Below, piece after piece: positions 40,168-53,498 of a DNA stretch of 64,000 bases (position 1 is its first letter; each line of letters begins with the position of its first letter). The stretch spans positions 15,130,001 to 15,194,000 of the forward strand of contig NC_087251.1 in NCBI RefSeq assembly GCF_037042905.1, given 5' to 3'. The stretch is from Lytechinus pictus (lineage: Eukaryota). Both the position numbers and the translations under genes were made by a program. The notes under the pieces are model-generated. The model saw only the letters and a program-made list of their open reading frames with translations. It made no database searches and was not told the origin of the DNA.

Positions 40168-42767
40168 GTAAAAGTATCCACCATGCATAGAGACAATTGA
40201 CCATTTCAGAGAAACTGTATAGTGGATGCAACAAATCAGCGTCATTATTTATGCAGTTATTTAGGTAATACTAATATTGTCTCAAGAGTGAAATCACTTG
40301 ATCAAAATTGCCCAGAATTTATCATCTTTTGCCATGCATTATATTCTGCCTAATGGGTATTAAGAGTAAGAAGTATTCCATAGTAGACCATAAGTATTGA
40401 ATGACATGTTTTCTCTGTTTTTCACTTACAGTGATGTTAAAAAAAGTGAGGATGAGGAGGAGATGATGAGAAAAAAGAAGTAGAACAAGAAAGAGAATGT
40501 GAAGAAGCGGAAGAAGAAGAAGAAGAGGAGAAGGAGGAGGTGAAAGGGATAAGGAGAAGAAGAAAAAAAACAGAAGGGGAAGATAATTATAAAAGAATAA
40601 ATGGAAGTGATAGGGAAGAACATCAAGATAATATGGAAGGGAGGAGAAAGAGAAAGAGCAAGAGCAAGAGAGAACAAATTTCAAATGTGAGCAACCTTTT
40701 GTTACACCGCAATTAAAGCAATGGAGATGGAAATCAAGCAGAATTATCACCCTTGCCATTATCAAGTTTTCTGTGAAAATAAAAGGAAAACACATTTCAT
40801 GTAATTGTGTCAAACTCTCCATTTCCTCCACACATTACTCTTTCACTTGTGTATCAAGCAATCCTGTATGAGCTGTATAATGCTTCTCCCAATGGTGTCT
40901 TTCTTATCACTGTGAAGTTTGTGCTTACATCCCAAAGGAAGGATTACAGTGTTGGTTGCATTCATGGATTCATTTAACTTCCTGCTCTAATCTGGATCGG
41001 ATGTGAACCTTTCCATGGTCTAACCAAATACAAAGTTTAATCAAAATTGTGGTGGTGTAATCTCGACGACGATATGTGTGGGTGTGGATGCATTTACATA
41101 GTCTGGATTTATGGCATGTTCAGACTGAGAAAACAAACATTACAGTATCCAACATTAATGAAGAATTACGAACAATACTAAAATAACTTTAGTCCACATG
41201 TTCAGTCTTTGAAATGGAATGATCAAGACATGTTATAAAACGTTCAAATAAACTGTATCATGAAAACGCTATCATAGAGCCCAAAGTTACCTACTTAGCA
41301 GATTTTCTGCAGAAATTGTGGAACTAGCTTACCAAAAGGTAATTTTACTTACAGGTGTAGCTTGTTCTGAATATTGATAGGAACTTCATATAACCACAAA
41401 AAGATGTAAATTTTTGAATGTTACTCATTCCTATCTGTTGCAGATATGAACTTAATCAGCACCCCTCTCTTACAAAGTGTTTGGATGGATTTAAATCAGT
41501 CTCAAATTTTGATTGGTATAAAGTTTTTAAATGAAGAGATAGGATGTATAGATCAATTAGAATGTTGGTCTGATTGGGTCCCAAGTTCAATACAATTCTG
41601 ATGAATAATGTATACTCATGATGACTATGTGTCTCATTGTCTCTTGAAGATCTATGTTCATGAATACAGATGAAAAGGTTTCTTTGTAAGTAATACATTT
41701 GCACATAAATTTAAGCCTAATGCACACACATGAGTCCACTGCTTGAAGAATGGACTCATTACTTGTAATTCAAAACAGTGGACTCATTAATAAAACAGCG
41801 TACTCAACCACGGCAACAGGCGTCAATTTGGCGCACCATGAAAAAATTGTGCACCAGCATGGGACTTTTTTTAATATACACGGTAAATAAGCGTAGTTTA
41901 TACGGGAAATCTGCATAAACCATGAGTACAACCAAAGGTTTAAAAACCACCCTTGTGAATTCGGGCCATAATTTCTATGCTCATGATCATTCTAATCTAA
42001 TGCAGATGTGAACTTAGCCAGAGTGAAATTGAAACCAAAACAAAGTTTATATAAAGTTGTATAAACGTATTTTGAAAGGTTGCCTTTGAAATTAGTGAGA
42101 ATAAACCTATCCAAACAAATGTATATAGAATGTGTATCTTGTTGTAGTACAACTCATTATAATCTAATGTGGATATGAACTTATCCAGAGTCAAATTGAA
42201 ACCAAAGCACACAAAAGTTGTATGAAAGGTTGTTTTAACCGGTTTCTTGTTGAGACAGGGAGGTAGAAACATATTCAAACAGATATAGAAAGGTTGGAGA
42301 TGTATATTTATATTATTATATAACTCACTGTGTTATTGATCTTATGCAGATATGAACAAACTATGGACAAATTTAGTTCCCTGTAAATCGAAATGCTGAT
42401 GATATAATCTAAGCAACATTATGAGTAAAAGGATAATGATATCATTATCCGAGGCATGAATTTTCACCATGAAAAAAACAGGTGTCTTATTTCATTATTT
42501 CAATTCATGTCATCAGAATTTTGAGACAGTATTAGCATTAAATTGTTTGTTGGCGCTCAGTCTATTATCATGGAATTGATTATCTCCCAATCCCTTCTTA
42601 CAATGACTTTTCTTTTTACTTATTATGGTAAACTCAGACTCTCAAAACATTGAAACCCAATTCCAAAGGACTGCAGTAAATTTGAGTCCTTAAGTACAAG
42701 TCATGTGAATATTTCTGATGCAGGTGTTGATTATTATATCTGTTTCTTTTTTGTGTTTGGTTCACAG

Positions 42768-42824
42768 GCTGGGCACACTGGTCACTGCAACCTTCTCTTA
42801 TGTTTGTTCATGTTGATCTTTTAA
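42768..42824 (+). pseudogene. Degenerate partial duplicate of RyR exon 4 (pseudo-exon) with its own acceptor
   Basis: After a T-rich tract and cacag: gctgggcacactggtcactgcaaccttctct versus the true exon ggtgggcaggctggtcaccgcacccttctct (26/31 identical). Reads AGHTGHCNLL, then diverges to TAA at 42822-42824. Confidence 0.65.
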
Positions 42825-42855
42825 TTATATATCTTTTTCCCCCTTTTTTTTATAG

Positions 42856-42927
42856 GGTGGGCAGGCTGGTCACCGCACCCTTCTCTATGGTCATGCTATT
42901 CTTCTCCAACACTCCCTTAGTTCCATG
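42856..42927 (+). CDS. RyR: Ryanodine receptor exon (~exon 4; GGQAGHRTLLYGHAILLQHSLSSM)
   Basis: T-rich tract and tag acceptor, gtaagt donor; 72 nt, phase 0-0. GHRTLLYGHAILL is diagnostic of RyR. Confidence 0.96.
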
Positions 42928-44649
42928 GTAAGTATTTCAATGTCAAGTGAGGCATTGCATGCAACCAGAAATTGATTGCAAATGAATATTAGGTCTCTTA
43001 ATCAATAATTATACATCAATTTTATAATGAAATAAGAATGAATAGGATAGAGGTGACAGAAGCTGTACTCTCCACTGAATTTGTTGATTTATGCTAAGAG
43101 GTACTTTTCATGACTCATACATTATATAATTATTGTAAACTTAGTTCTATGCAGTTAATAGTATTATTCCTTGATGTAATTTATTTTCTCTTCACCCTTC
43201 AAATCTTAAATGTTTGAGAACTTGCATAGTATCTTTGAGTTCAAAGACTACACCTCAAACCCACAATTCAACCTGCCTCACTCCCTTTGTCACATCAAAT
43301 CTTCAGATTATCAACTGTAATTCAAGTTCAGATGAGTTCCTTACTAACGACCATTAATCAATTCAATCCTATCCAATTCTCTGTATCTTGGGTCAGTCTT
43401 CTCTCACCCAGGCCATGGCCTACTGGGACAGGATAGTCCCTAAACAAAGCTTTTCAGATAATAGAATTTAGTAGCTAATGTGTAAATGTGACGTACATTA
43501 TGAGTAGGCTCCTCTGTTCATTTTACAAGTTGCATCAGCAGGTAGTTTATGAATGCAAACTCTATTTTGACTTGGGTACCTTGTCAAAATTCTGTGCCAC
43601 TTCTTTCAGCAGAACTCCTGCTATAAATACACTTTGCATCTTTTCATAGCGGCTTTCCTGGATTCTCCATTGCTTTGTCTATGATGAAGTTTGAGAGTTG
43701 GTAATGAGAGGCCGCTTCCAGGATTCCCATGCAAAAGACCTGGCTCTGACTTTTGATAAGGTACCTTTCTCGCAATTCTAAAAGCCCTATTTGAGAAGAG
43801 TGCTTTTTGAATATCTGGATAGTTTCAGGACAGTAGTCAAGAGCTTAGGTGTGACTGACCTCCATAGAGTTTTTAGGCCCCAAACTTCTCAATCACACGC
43901 TCAGAAGAAAATATCTCTTTGATTTTTGCCTCTTGAAAGAAAAATGAAACTAACAAATATGTGCTTGGGAAGAGCAAAGGTTTGTGCATGCAAACCAATC
44001 AGTAGTACTGATATATCTGTGGTGATATGCATGCTCTTGTGAGGTTTACAAACATGAGTGTCCTGTGAAGCAGGAACTGGCTGCTCCCAATTGACCTATA
44101 AGCATTGTAAAATGGCCAGCCACTTTAAGATGGAGTGGGCTGAGTGCTTTTGCCTCGACTAAGAAATCTTTATTGAGGGCCACTTCCAAGCGTGACACCT
44201 AGAGGTGATGGAATATGATGTTCTTTCACGCTCCCATTCTGCCATTTCTCATTATCTATACATACATGCATATTTTTTATGTACTTTTTTTTTGGGGGGA
44301 GGGGTAGAAGTTGCCTTCTACTCCAACATAATATAATGTGGATTGACCCTTCATAAAATATTTTATTGGATGTTATAGGCCTATCAATTTATCATAATTG
44401 TAACTATATAAGTTTGTTACAAAGAAGAAAGCAAATGCTGATTTCGTTCGCTAACAATATAATTATATTTTAATAAACATATATAGATTGAAATATACAA
44501 TTAGATGTTCATATGGAATGCCAGCTGTTGTAGGGATGCTGGGGATGTTTTAATAATATAAAGGCATTTTGGGCTTTATGAGATACATATATGTGACTAT
44601 GATGTGTTTCTGTTTTGATGGCATTATTTCTCCCTTTGTTTTTATCCAG

Positions 44650-44725
44650 TATCTTGCCTGTCTTCCAACAAGCTCCTCAAAAGATAAACTTGCCTTTGAT
44701 GTGGGGCTTCAAGAATCAACACAAG
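44650..44725 (+). CDS. RyR: Ryanodine receptor exon (~exon 5; [25 protein letters not shown]+G)
   Basis: ccag acceptor, gtgagt donor; 76 nt, phase 0-1. [11 protein letters not shown] motif. Confidence 0.96.
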
Positions 44726-44801
44726 GTGAGTGCATACACAATCAGACTCTTTTATAAAAGGCTAATATTTGTGTGCTTCTTTGCATGAAGATGAATATGT
44801 A

Positions 44802-45070
44802 GAAGTGTTGTGGCTCAGTGGATAAGTCTCCGGACATTGAACCACAAGGTCCGGGGTTCATGTCCCACCGCAACACTCACGTCCTTTGGCAAGGCATTGT
44901 TCTCCATTTGCCACTCATCACCCAGGTGTAGTAAATGGGTACCCAGTAGGAAGGAATTCCTTGAATGCTCGTGTGCCCAATTAGGGTAGCCGTGCTAAAC
45001 CTGGGTAATAGTATGCAGCACATAGAAACATTTGTATTAAGCGCTATATAAATGTTGCTTATTATTATTA
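44802..45070 (+). mobile_element. tRNA-derived SINE, apparently full length
   Basis: A box tggctcagtgg (44811-44821), B box ggttcatgtcc (44855-44865), core cacccaggtgtagtaaatgggtacc, tail gcgctatataaatg...(tta)n. Confidence 0.85.
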
Positions 45071-48000
45071 GTATTAATATTTCATATATCAACGTTCTGG
45101 CGGTGTTCACTTCCCAAAGCACCCTTGTGTGATGCAAGGTAGCTGTTGTGATTATCTTTACAAGAGAGCTTAGATTGCAGCTGAATGTAACACATTTTGT
45201 CATTCACAAATGTCTGATATACAGTATAAATGCATTGTTGTGCTAATAATGCACATATGTAAGTGTGGTAGAGGTCATGAAGCGCATCTGAAGATATGTA
45301 CAATGTTGCGAGGCGCTTTGACCTAGTGCTTTTGCATTACAATGTTAATAACAAAGATGCCTGAATTGCCCCCAACATCACAAGTTTAAACCTGTGCATT
45401 GTTTGTTTTATAAAAATGGATCAGCAGTATGAATGTGTAGTGGAAAATTGGTTTCATGGATCGCACAGATGAAGATGCCACATCAGTTTTCTATTATTTG
45501 ATCACAATCGTATCCAGCGTCCAAGTGTACGTGCCTGAGTAAGGTCATCAAAATCCTTGCCATAGACTTCAGTTTGTCAAAACATGCATTTCAGATAGCG
45601 TCGCGGTTTTTGCACGCTAAAGGGTAAAATGATGCATCCAAAACGGACCATGCTGCACTCTTAATGTGAAGTACTGCACCCAAAATAGCACATAAGCATG
45701 AACATGTGACTTGCGTACACACTTGCTATTTGCTACATCCTTCAACTTGTTTTATAATACCTTGAAATTCATTGAATTATTAAAAAAAAAGTAGTCATAA
45801 GGATTAAACTGTTAAGTATGTGATTTGTAAATATGACCTGAATGAAATCACGACATGCCAGAGGCTCAAGATTTATTATTTTCATTTGCAGCACTTACTG
45901 AAGATAAAATATCACAGACAAAAAGCTGTGTCAGGTGCTAATGATCAAATGAATGCAAATATTTAGATAGTGACATTTATTGCACATCTTGTCATTGTAT
46001 GGGAAAAAAGAGAGAGAAGATTTATGGTTTCAAAATTGTGTGTTGCTCATGATGTGAGAGAAAGTTTTATACATCTAAATAAGATTTATTGCCTTTATTT
46101 GTGTAATGAGGGTACCAGTGGAAGGTACTTATGATAAGAAGACATTCTTGGGGCTAATATTAAACTGGTGACAGTTGTAGTTTTATTAGAGCACTTTATT
46201 AAAATTTCTAAATTCTTTATGGCGAGTTTGTAGAAGGCCGCCTGAGGTTTGTGTTAAGTGCTCAGGTGTCTTGATAATGCCATCAGTATTATCTGATATC
46301 TAAATTGTTAGTAATTTTGACAAGTTTATCCCTCCTGACTATCCGTCTGATAGGATCTTTAGTTCTATAAATATTAGAAGCAGAGATCATAGATCAGTAT
46401 AGTTTTTACATTTTAGACAAATTTGTTAGTACATTTTGGCATACAAATAATTTGTTACATAGTTTGCACCAAATATTATTTATTCATTTTATGTATTTGA
46501 CCAAGATATTTGATGTATTTATATAATAGATTTGGAGCCTTTTTGATATCATCTGGGCAGGGGGGAATTAGTTGGAGACTCAGGTTGTCAGATTTATCGC
46601 AATTACTTTTAGATACACAAGTTGGGAATACAGTGGCATAAATAGTCTAGTGGTCTGTCTGAAATCAGTAAAAGGCTTTAATTTATTATCTTCATCCGCT
46701 TTATTTACTGGCATTACGGGACCAATAGATAATTCACCAATCAGTCTCTTTGCACTGTAAACACACTTTCATCATCCCCCGCGAGTTCTGAGTTATTTAT
46801 TAACTATTTCTTCTGGAGCCGTCATTCCATAGAAACCAGTGTTATATCAAGGCCTCCCCCCTCCCCCATCATCTGCCAGAGTAAAATCTAAGGAAAAGAA
46901 GGAGGCCCCGCCCCCCGGCCCGATTATTGTGATACTCTGTTTTGAAATGCTTTTTTAAAAATAGATTAGCAAACTGTTAATGCAGTGATTATTGTTTTCC
47001 CCTCACCTTTTCCAGCTTACTCTTTTGCTTGTTGAATTTTAGTTCTGCCAACAATGTATTTTTCTATTCATCTATTTAATTGTTATTGTCTTTTATTTTA
47101 TTTTTTTTGGGGAGGAATTCCAATTTTTTTGCCAATCAGAGCGAAAAACATATTTCAAGCCCCCTTGTTTTCAATAAATTTTGGACCTGCCACTGCCATA
47201 AACATTCTGAACAGATAAATACTTGCAGTTCAAACACTATAAGGAGTAGAATGTAATAATGATGTATGTTTTTAATCATTCACACGGCATCCATTATGCT
47301 GTGTCTGAATGTGATTAATTGTAAGTGCTCACTCAATGCACAAGAAGAATGCAAGCATTTATCTATAGAAGCGATGGTACCCACGTATCTGCTGTATGAA
47401 AATTGTGTGAGCTTCATCCTCTTTATTTAGTTAAAATCTTTCTTGTCAATACATACAGCAAAATATTTCAGCTTCCTATTAATTCTCTCGTATATACATG
47501 TAAAATGAGTTTAAATTTGTAGTTCACCCTACAGTTGTTTTTACAAAAAGTAGAAAATCAGAATTTCTTGCTCAGACTTCTAGCATTTTGTTATCGAGTT
47601 GAAGACACTTTGTCTTAAAATAAAAATAGGAGGGTCCTTATTATGATTAACATTTTTCCTTCTATAAACTTTAGATGATAAATATTTTTTCTTTTTATGT
47701 TGTAAAAAACCCCCAAATACTCCATTGTAGGTTAAGGAAATGAATGATATTTGTTTGTCAATATGCTTGGGTTTATGACAAGCAACACCCAATTTTAAAA
47801 AGGTTTAATAAACTCTAATCACTGTCATTAACTCACTCTAAATAGGTCATGTCCAGGTGGTTTTCATGTACATAAAGCATTCACAATTTTCATATCTAGA
47901 TTTAATGGTCTTCCATTCAGACTCAGAAGATGAATTAACTGGAAATGGGTCCTATTAAATTCTGCAGTTATACTTATTAATTCATCTTAACATAATGACT

Positions 48001-48937
48001 ATGCGGTATGTGTTATCAGCAGAATAGGGATCTGAAAATGCCGCAAGGGAAGAAAAATGTCACTTTTTTTTAGAAAGGCAGAGATATGTAGTTAATCACA
48101 TCATCATGTTAATTGCTGAGATGGAGCTCATAATGATGAGAATATTGGATGGTGAGTTTTTTGTAATGGCAGATTAAGGAAAGAGGAAGAGAAGAAGGGA
48201 GACTGACCATGGGCTGAAAGAAATGCTCAAAAAGGGGGGGGGGGAGTGGAGGGCAAGAGAGACAGAAACAGAGATAGGCAGAAGTAGACAGAGACTAACA
48301 CTCATAACAAAGGAGTTCATGTGGAAAAATTGAAAAAAATGACATACTTTTTCTGCCGCTGTTTTGTTGAAGAAAAAAAATATTTAAATGACAGCCATAT
48401 ACAGATGCGAAATTAGATGTGACAGCTGAGAAATAATCTAATCAAAATGGTTCAATGTAGAAAAAAGGTAAATCTGTGAAAGCTTTACAAATTCATACTC
48501 TTTTATAATAGAAAATAAATCTCAGAGGGTAAAAGAGCACTAGAGATGGAGAAAAAGTAATAAAGGCTAAAATCAGAATAGACAAAGGGCTAAAGAAAAA
48601 CAAGAACGCTTGAAATATGAAAGAAGACAGAGCTTGTCCAATTCTACAAAGCTTGGGTCCTGTTACCATGGCAACTACTTGTTAGAGTGGGCATGGAGAG
48701 TCAGTGTCAACATCACATAGATGGAGAGTGACACATGATGGGGGTTCGAGGGTCATTTTGATTGGCTTTGGAGTTGAGCGTTTTTACATAAGCAAGGACT
48801 GTAGTTTCAATGAAAAAAATGAACTCATTATTTTATCTGGTGCTACTGAATAATGCTATGCATCGTTTATTACTAAATATGAAACGGGAACAATAACTAA
48901 ACTTCAAACTTGTATTCTTGTTCCCCTGCTGCGGCTG

Positions 48938-50097
48938 CCCAAGGGGGGGGGGGGCACTTCCATTGACGGGTGGATACCTTGCGTGACCATAGGGTTTTGA
49001 AAAGCACCTTAAACAAGTATTTGCAATGTTCTGAAAATGCAACCCTTAAACAAGTCCACCCCAACTAAAAGTTGATTTGAATAAAAAGAGAAAAATCTAA
49101 TAAACATAACGCTGAAAATTTCTTCAAAATCGGATGTAAAACAAGAAAGTTATGACATTTTAAAGTTTCCCTTTATTTCATAAAACAGTTATATGCACAT
49201 CCTGATCGCTATGCAAATGAGGAGACTGATGATGTCATCCTCTTACTATTTCTTTTGTATTTTATTATATGAAATGTGAAATATTCTAATTTTCTCCTCA
49301 TTGTCAAGTGAGGCAACAATTAATTTCTCTTGAACATGTGGAATTAGTATTGTTTAATACTATATGGTTCAGTCAAGTTGATCATTATTGTCAAATCTGT
49401 AAAAAATGAAATATTGTATAATTCAAACAATAAAAAACAAAAAAATAGTGAGTGAGTGACATAATCGACTCTCTCATTTGCATGTCACTGAGTTGTGCAT
49501 ATCACTGGTTTTTTTTTTAAATAAGCAAAACTTTAAAATGTCATAACTTTCTTATTTTACATCTGATTTTGATGAAATTCTCAGCGTAATGCTAGTTTGA
49601 TTTTTCTCTATTTATTCAAATCAACATTTGTCTGGGGTGGACTTGACCTTTAACAAGTATTGGCATGTGAAACCCTACCCTTAACAAGTATTGGAAACAA
49701 AATGGTACCCTTGACAAGCTATACCCTGAATTGACCCCCTAAACAAGTACAACGATATCTTATTGTTATGTCACTGACGTGATCACGGATGTCAACTTTA
49801 CCTCTACTTTCAGTGGGTTTAGTACCACCCCACACACCTTGCTCAAATTGGACCCTAAACACTTAATGTTGGGGCAAAAAGTACATCCTTTATAAAGTAT
49901 TTTAGTCTTTTTATATCCTCGCAAATTGGACCGTAAACACTTAGTTTTCCTAGCAAAATATATACCCTTTTTCCATTATCTTAGTGTTTTTGACACCCTT
50001 ATTAAGTTACATGTGTAACCTATCTTGAAAAAGAGATCTTTTTACGCGTTTTTGGTCACGCACGGTGATCACTTTTCAATGGAAGTGACCTCCCAGG
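48938..50097. mobile_element. CMC/EnSpm-like non-autonomous element (host of the Kolobok copy)
   Basis: Inverted ends ccca(g)n-cacttccattga...gcgtgacca / tggtcacgc...tcaatggaagtgacctcccagg. Many subterminal ccyt(t)aaacaagta-like repeats. Flanked by tgcggctg on both sides. Confidence 0.7.
49050..49649. mobile_element. Kolobok-like MITE, copy 2, nested in a CMC/EnSpm-like element
   Basis: Same sequence family as 15874-16448. Right end GGGGTGGACTTGACCT|TTAA; left end lacks ~3 nt after TTAA. Confidence 0.85.
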
Positions 50098-50099
50098 TG

Positions 50100-50345
50100 C
50101 GGCTGCTACTACTACCATAGCTATTCTACAATTACAACTACTACTACTACTGCTATTGCTACTGTTATCACTACTGCTAGTGCTACTACTTATACTACTT
50201 CTGCTCCGCCTCCTCATCCCATTACAACTACTACTACTACTACAATTACTATACTAATTCTACTACCACTACTACCACCACTTCTGATATTACTACTACT
50301 ATTGCTGCTGCTATTACTACTATTGTTATTATTATTTTACTACTA
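50100..50345. repeat. (CTA)n/(CTG)n degenerate microsatellite
   Basis: Direct reading of ctactactac/attact runs. Confidence 0.85.
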
Positions 50346-50976
50346 GTTGCAAAATGCAGATATTTATCAATGTATTTTTCTATAGATAGTAAATATGTTT
50401 CTTTGAACTGTATTTTTATTGAAACATTTCCAAACTTCTCCAGTACATGGGCCCCACAAAATGCATTCTGTTCTTGCATTTTTCAATTTGAATTACTGTG
50501 AACTGCGACCACTGTACAAGTACTGTCCCATGTATTTGATTCAATATGGGGTCATGTTTTTCATTAGTAGTGAAGTCATTCAATCAAAAATCAATTTCAA
50601 ATGGCCATATATATATATATATATGTATACATCAGAATTCTGTGATTTCTCTGCTGCAAACTGAAATGTAATGAAGTATCCCTGGACCGGAAATTTATTG
50701 AAAATTTAGAGTGTGGTTTTGAAGCAATTTTCAACCATTTTTGGGGGGACTTTTTGAGGTATATTCCCTTTTCAGTTTTGCATGCTCTTTCCTCCTGTTC
50801 TCACATGTTCATGAATTCAAAATAAATTAAGAATGGCTGTGGAATGTGAGCAATTGATATTTAGATTTAGATTCAAATCTTGAAAATTTAAATTCAAATC
50901 AACTTAAATGAATCTTAGGATTTAGATCTAAATCTGTCTAATTTTTAATCATATATATATATATCTTTCACTTAGA

Positions 50977-51011
<35 letters not shown>

Positions 51012-51944
51012 CTTTCACTAAATTGATGTTTCTCTAATTTCTTCAATTTTTTTCTTCTTCAGAAATTGCATTCTGTAATAAGAGCTATTTTCTCATGTGT
51101 CTTAGAATGTATTGAAATTTTGAATGTATTAGGATTTCAGTATACCTTTCTAGAAGTATTTCTAGCTCACATTTTTCAATGTTATAACTATGTGTAGAAT
51201 ACCTCACATCTGCACAAAGCAATTATTGATGATTGGTGTACACCAAGATTACATCGCATGCATTAGATATAACGAGCAACACGTCACTCTACAGCATCAT
51301 TACCCTACCCTCCTCATTTTAAGCTCTGTTAATCTTTGGACTCGATATTGATGAAAATCACAGTATAGTGTAATGAATCTTAAAGAAAAGTTGTATTCTA
51401 AATGTAGAGAGTATTGTATGCTTCTGTTCTATACACACTCTAAATTCTTTTGCATCAACTTGATTTGATAGAAATATCTTAGATGTTGCCGAAAGCCACA
51501 AACAAAAAATTAAAGGATTTAGTTCTTTATTTCTATCCATTAGTTTGTTTATTTACCACTTCAATCTATCATTAATTTTCAAGTTTAATTTATTTTTTTG
51601 TGTGCACCAACAACAAATCCACATTTGTTTTTAAATAGATGCATGTATGTATGAATGATGTGTTTCTGCGTGATAAAATGAATACCTACCAGTACCAGTA
51701 TTAATCACTAGGTAGATCTGAATTTGCCAAAGAAAATGTATTATAATTTAATTGTTGTAGCTGTTTTCAAGGCCACTTTCATTATTTCACATTATTGTGA
51801 TTCTTAAAAAAAGACATTTGGTAATTGTTTTTTTCATTATCATAATTTGAAGAAATATTACATTAAGCAGTACTGCAATGATAAAGTATATATTATTGAT
51901 TATGATAAGCGATTTTTTTTTTCTTTTTGACTCTCTCAATACAG

Positions 51945-52057
51945 GAGAAGCATGTTGGTGGACAATACACCCGGTGTCCAAGCAGAGGTCAGAAGGTGAG
52001 AAGGTCAGGGTGGGAGATGACCTCATCCTCGTCAATGTTGCCACAGAGAGATATCTG
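51945..52057 (+). CDS. RyR: Ryanodine receptor exon (~exon 6; (G)[37 protein letters not shown])
   Basis: acag acceptor, gtaaga donor; 113 nt, phase 1-0, in frame with the previous exon. GEACWW...[14 protein letters not shown] is nearly invariant in RyRs. Confidence 0.97.
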
Positions 52058-53327
52058 GTAAGATTCAACAAATGAAGAATATTTAATTTGTCATGTTTAT
52101 CAAATGTATCATCTTCTCAGACAGATTGAAAAATAACAATGATGGACATAAGCACTATACAGTGATATATTATTCCCTCAGCTGTAAAATCAACATGACT
52201 TGTGATGGCCCTGGGAAGCAGGGGTGCTGGGAAGCACCCCAAAGTTTTCCGGGGGGTGCTGCATGTATTATTCTCCATAGGCAGCACCCCCTTGAACTCT
52301 GGTATAGGTAGGTGTGACATACTGGAGAAATGTAACCAAAATGACGTATATTTTGTATTACAAACCCTTTTTTTCTGCTTGTCAAATTTTTCATCATCAC
52401 CCCCTGTAAAAAAAAAAATTGTTTCCAGGGCCCTGTGGCTTGGCTACACAAATCCTATGGTACTTCTACACTTCCTTTTTAAGAATTTTAATTGGCTTAT
52501 TTCATAAATAGTTGCATTCAAATGCAACTCAGACAATCGTTTTCAGGTCCTAAAAGCAGGCATCTGATTGGTTCAAAGTTAAGTTGTGTTTGATTTTTTA
52601 ATTGTGTTTGATTGCAACTCTTTCAGCAATGGGACTCTGGTCATTAACCATGTATACTGAACAACCAAGATTGACTTCCAGGTACCCTGTTTACACCGGG
52701 GTAGTTTCTTAAATCAGTTAAACCTCGTTCTCACTGTCGTGCCATCCGTTAAGATTGGCCTTTCGTAGCTAATCGCGAACATGTTTTGAGCCATCCAAAA
52801 GTTTTTTACAATACAAATGATTGCAAGGACTGGCCTCAAGATCTTGCGCGAATCGTGACAGTGGAAACTGGGTATTAGTAAGTTTATAAGACTTGCAGAT
52901 AACTGTAACACTTTCTTACGCTAAGTGAGATACCCCAAAATATTTCCTGGTGTTTCACCAAAGGGACTGAAATTCGAGTATAACCCTAATAAACTTGTGA
53001 CAAATTTTCAATTTTATGTTAAAATGCTTCTTTACTTTGATTTTGATCTATGAAGATCATCTTTTAGCTTGAAGTAACATACTGACAGACTGAAATGATT
53101 TAGAATTCAATATAATTATAGTACCTGAGAATATACTCCAGGGGTGTTAATCAGAGATTTAATTATTGTTACATAATAAGTGTTACATTATCATATGCAC
53201 TTTTGCATTTAAGCATGACTCTCAGTCACACTGAACTCTTTGTGAAACACCTCCCAGTTGCTGTAAGTAACTTCAGTAACTTTATGAACACTTTGATGAA
53301 ATAGCCTCCTGGATGCAATTTTTTCCC

Positions 53328-53498
53328 AAACAGGTTTACCTATGAAAGTTAGACCCTGCCTCCTGATTGGCTAGCTAGTTGAGCTAGTCGAGATAGAAAT
53401 CGCATGTGAATCGCGTATCGCATCATCGCACATATCGCAAGCAGAGTCCACGTAGTCAATCAGGAGGCAGTGTTCTACTGTCATTGGCAAACCTGTTT
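53328..53498. mobile_element. Small hairpin MITE with ~46-bp arms
   Basis: aaacaggtttacc...ctgcctcctgattggcta / tagtcaatcaggaggcag...ggcaaacctgttt. Confidence 0.65.

Noticed and set aside
40322..40831. Hydrophobic ORFs here and at 104-367 and 21907-22251
   Set aside because: Translations of GA/CT low-complexity tracts.
44802..44880. Possible tRNA gene
   Set aside because: A and B boxes continue into a SINE core and (TTA)n tail; no convincing cloverleaf.
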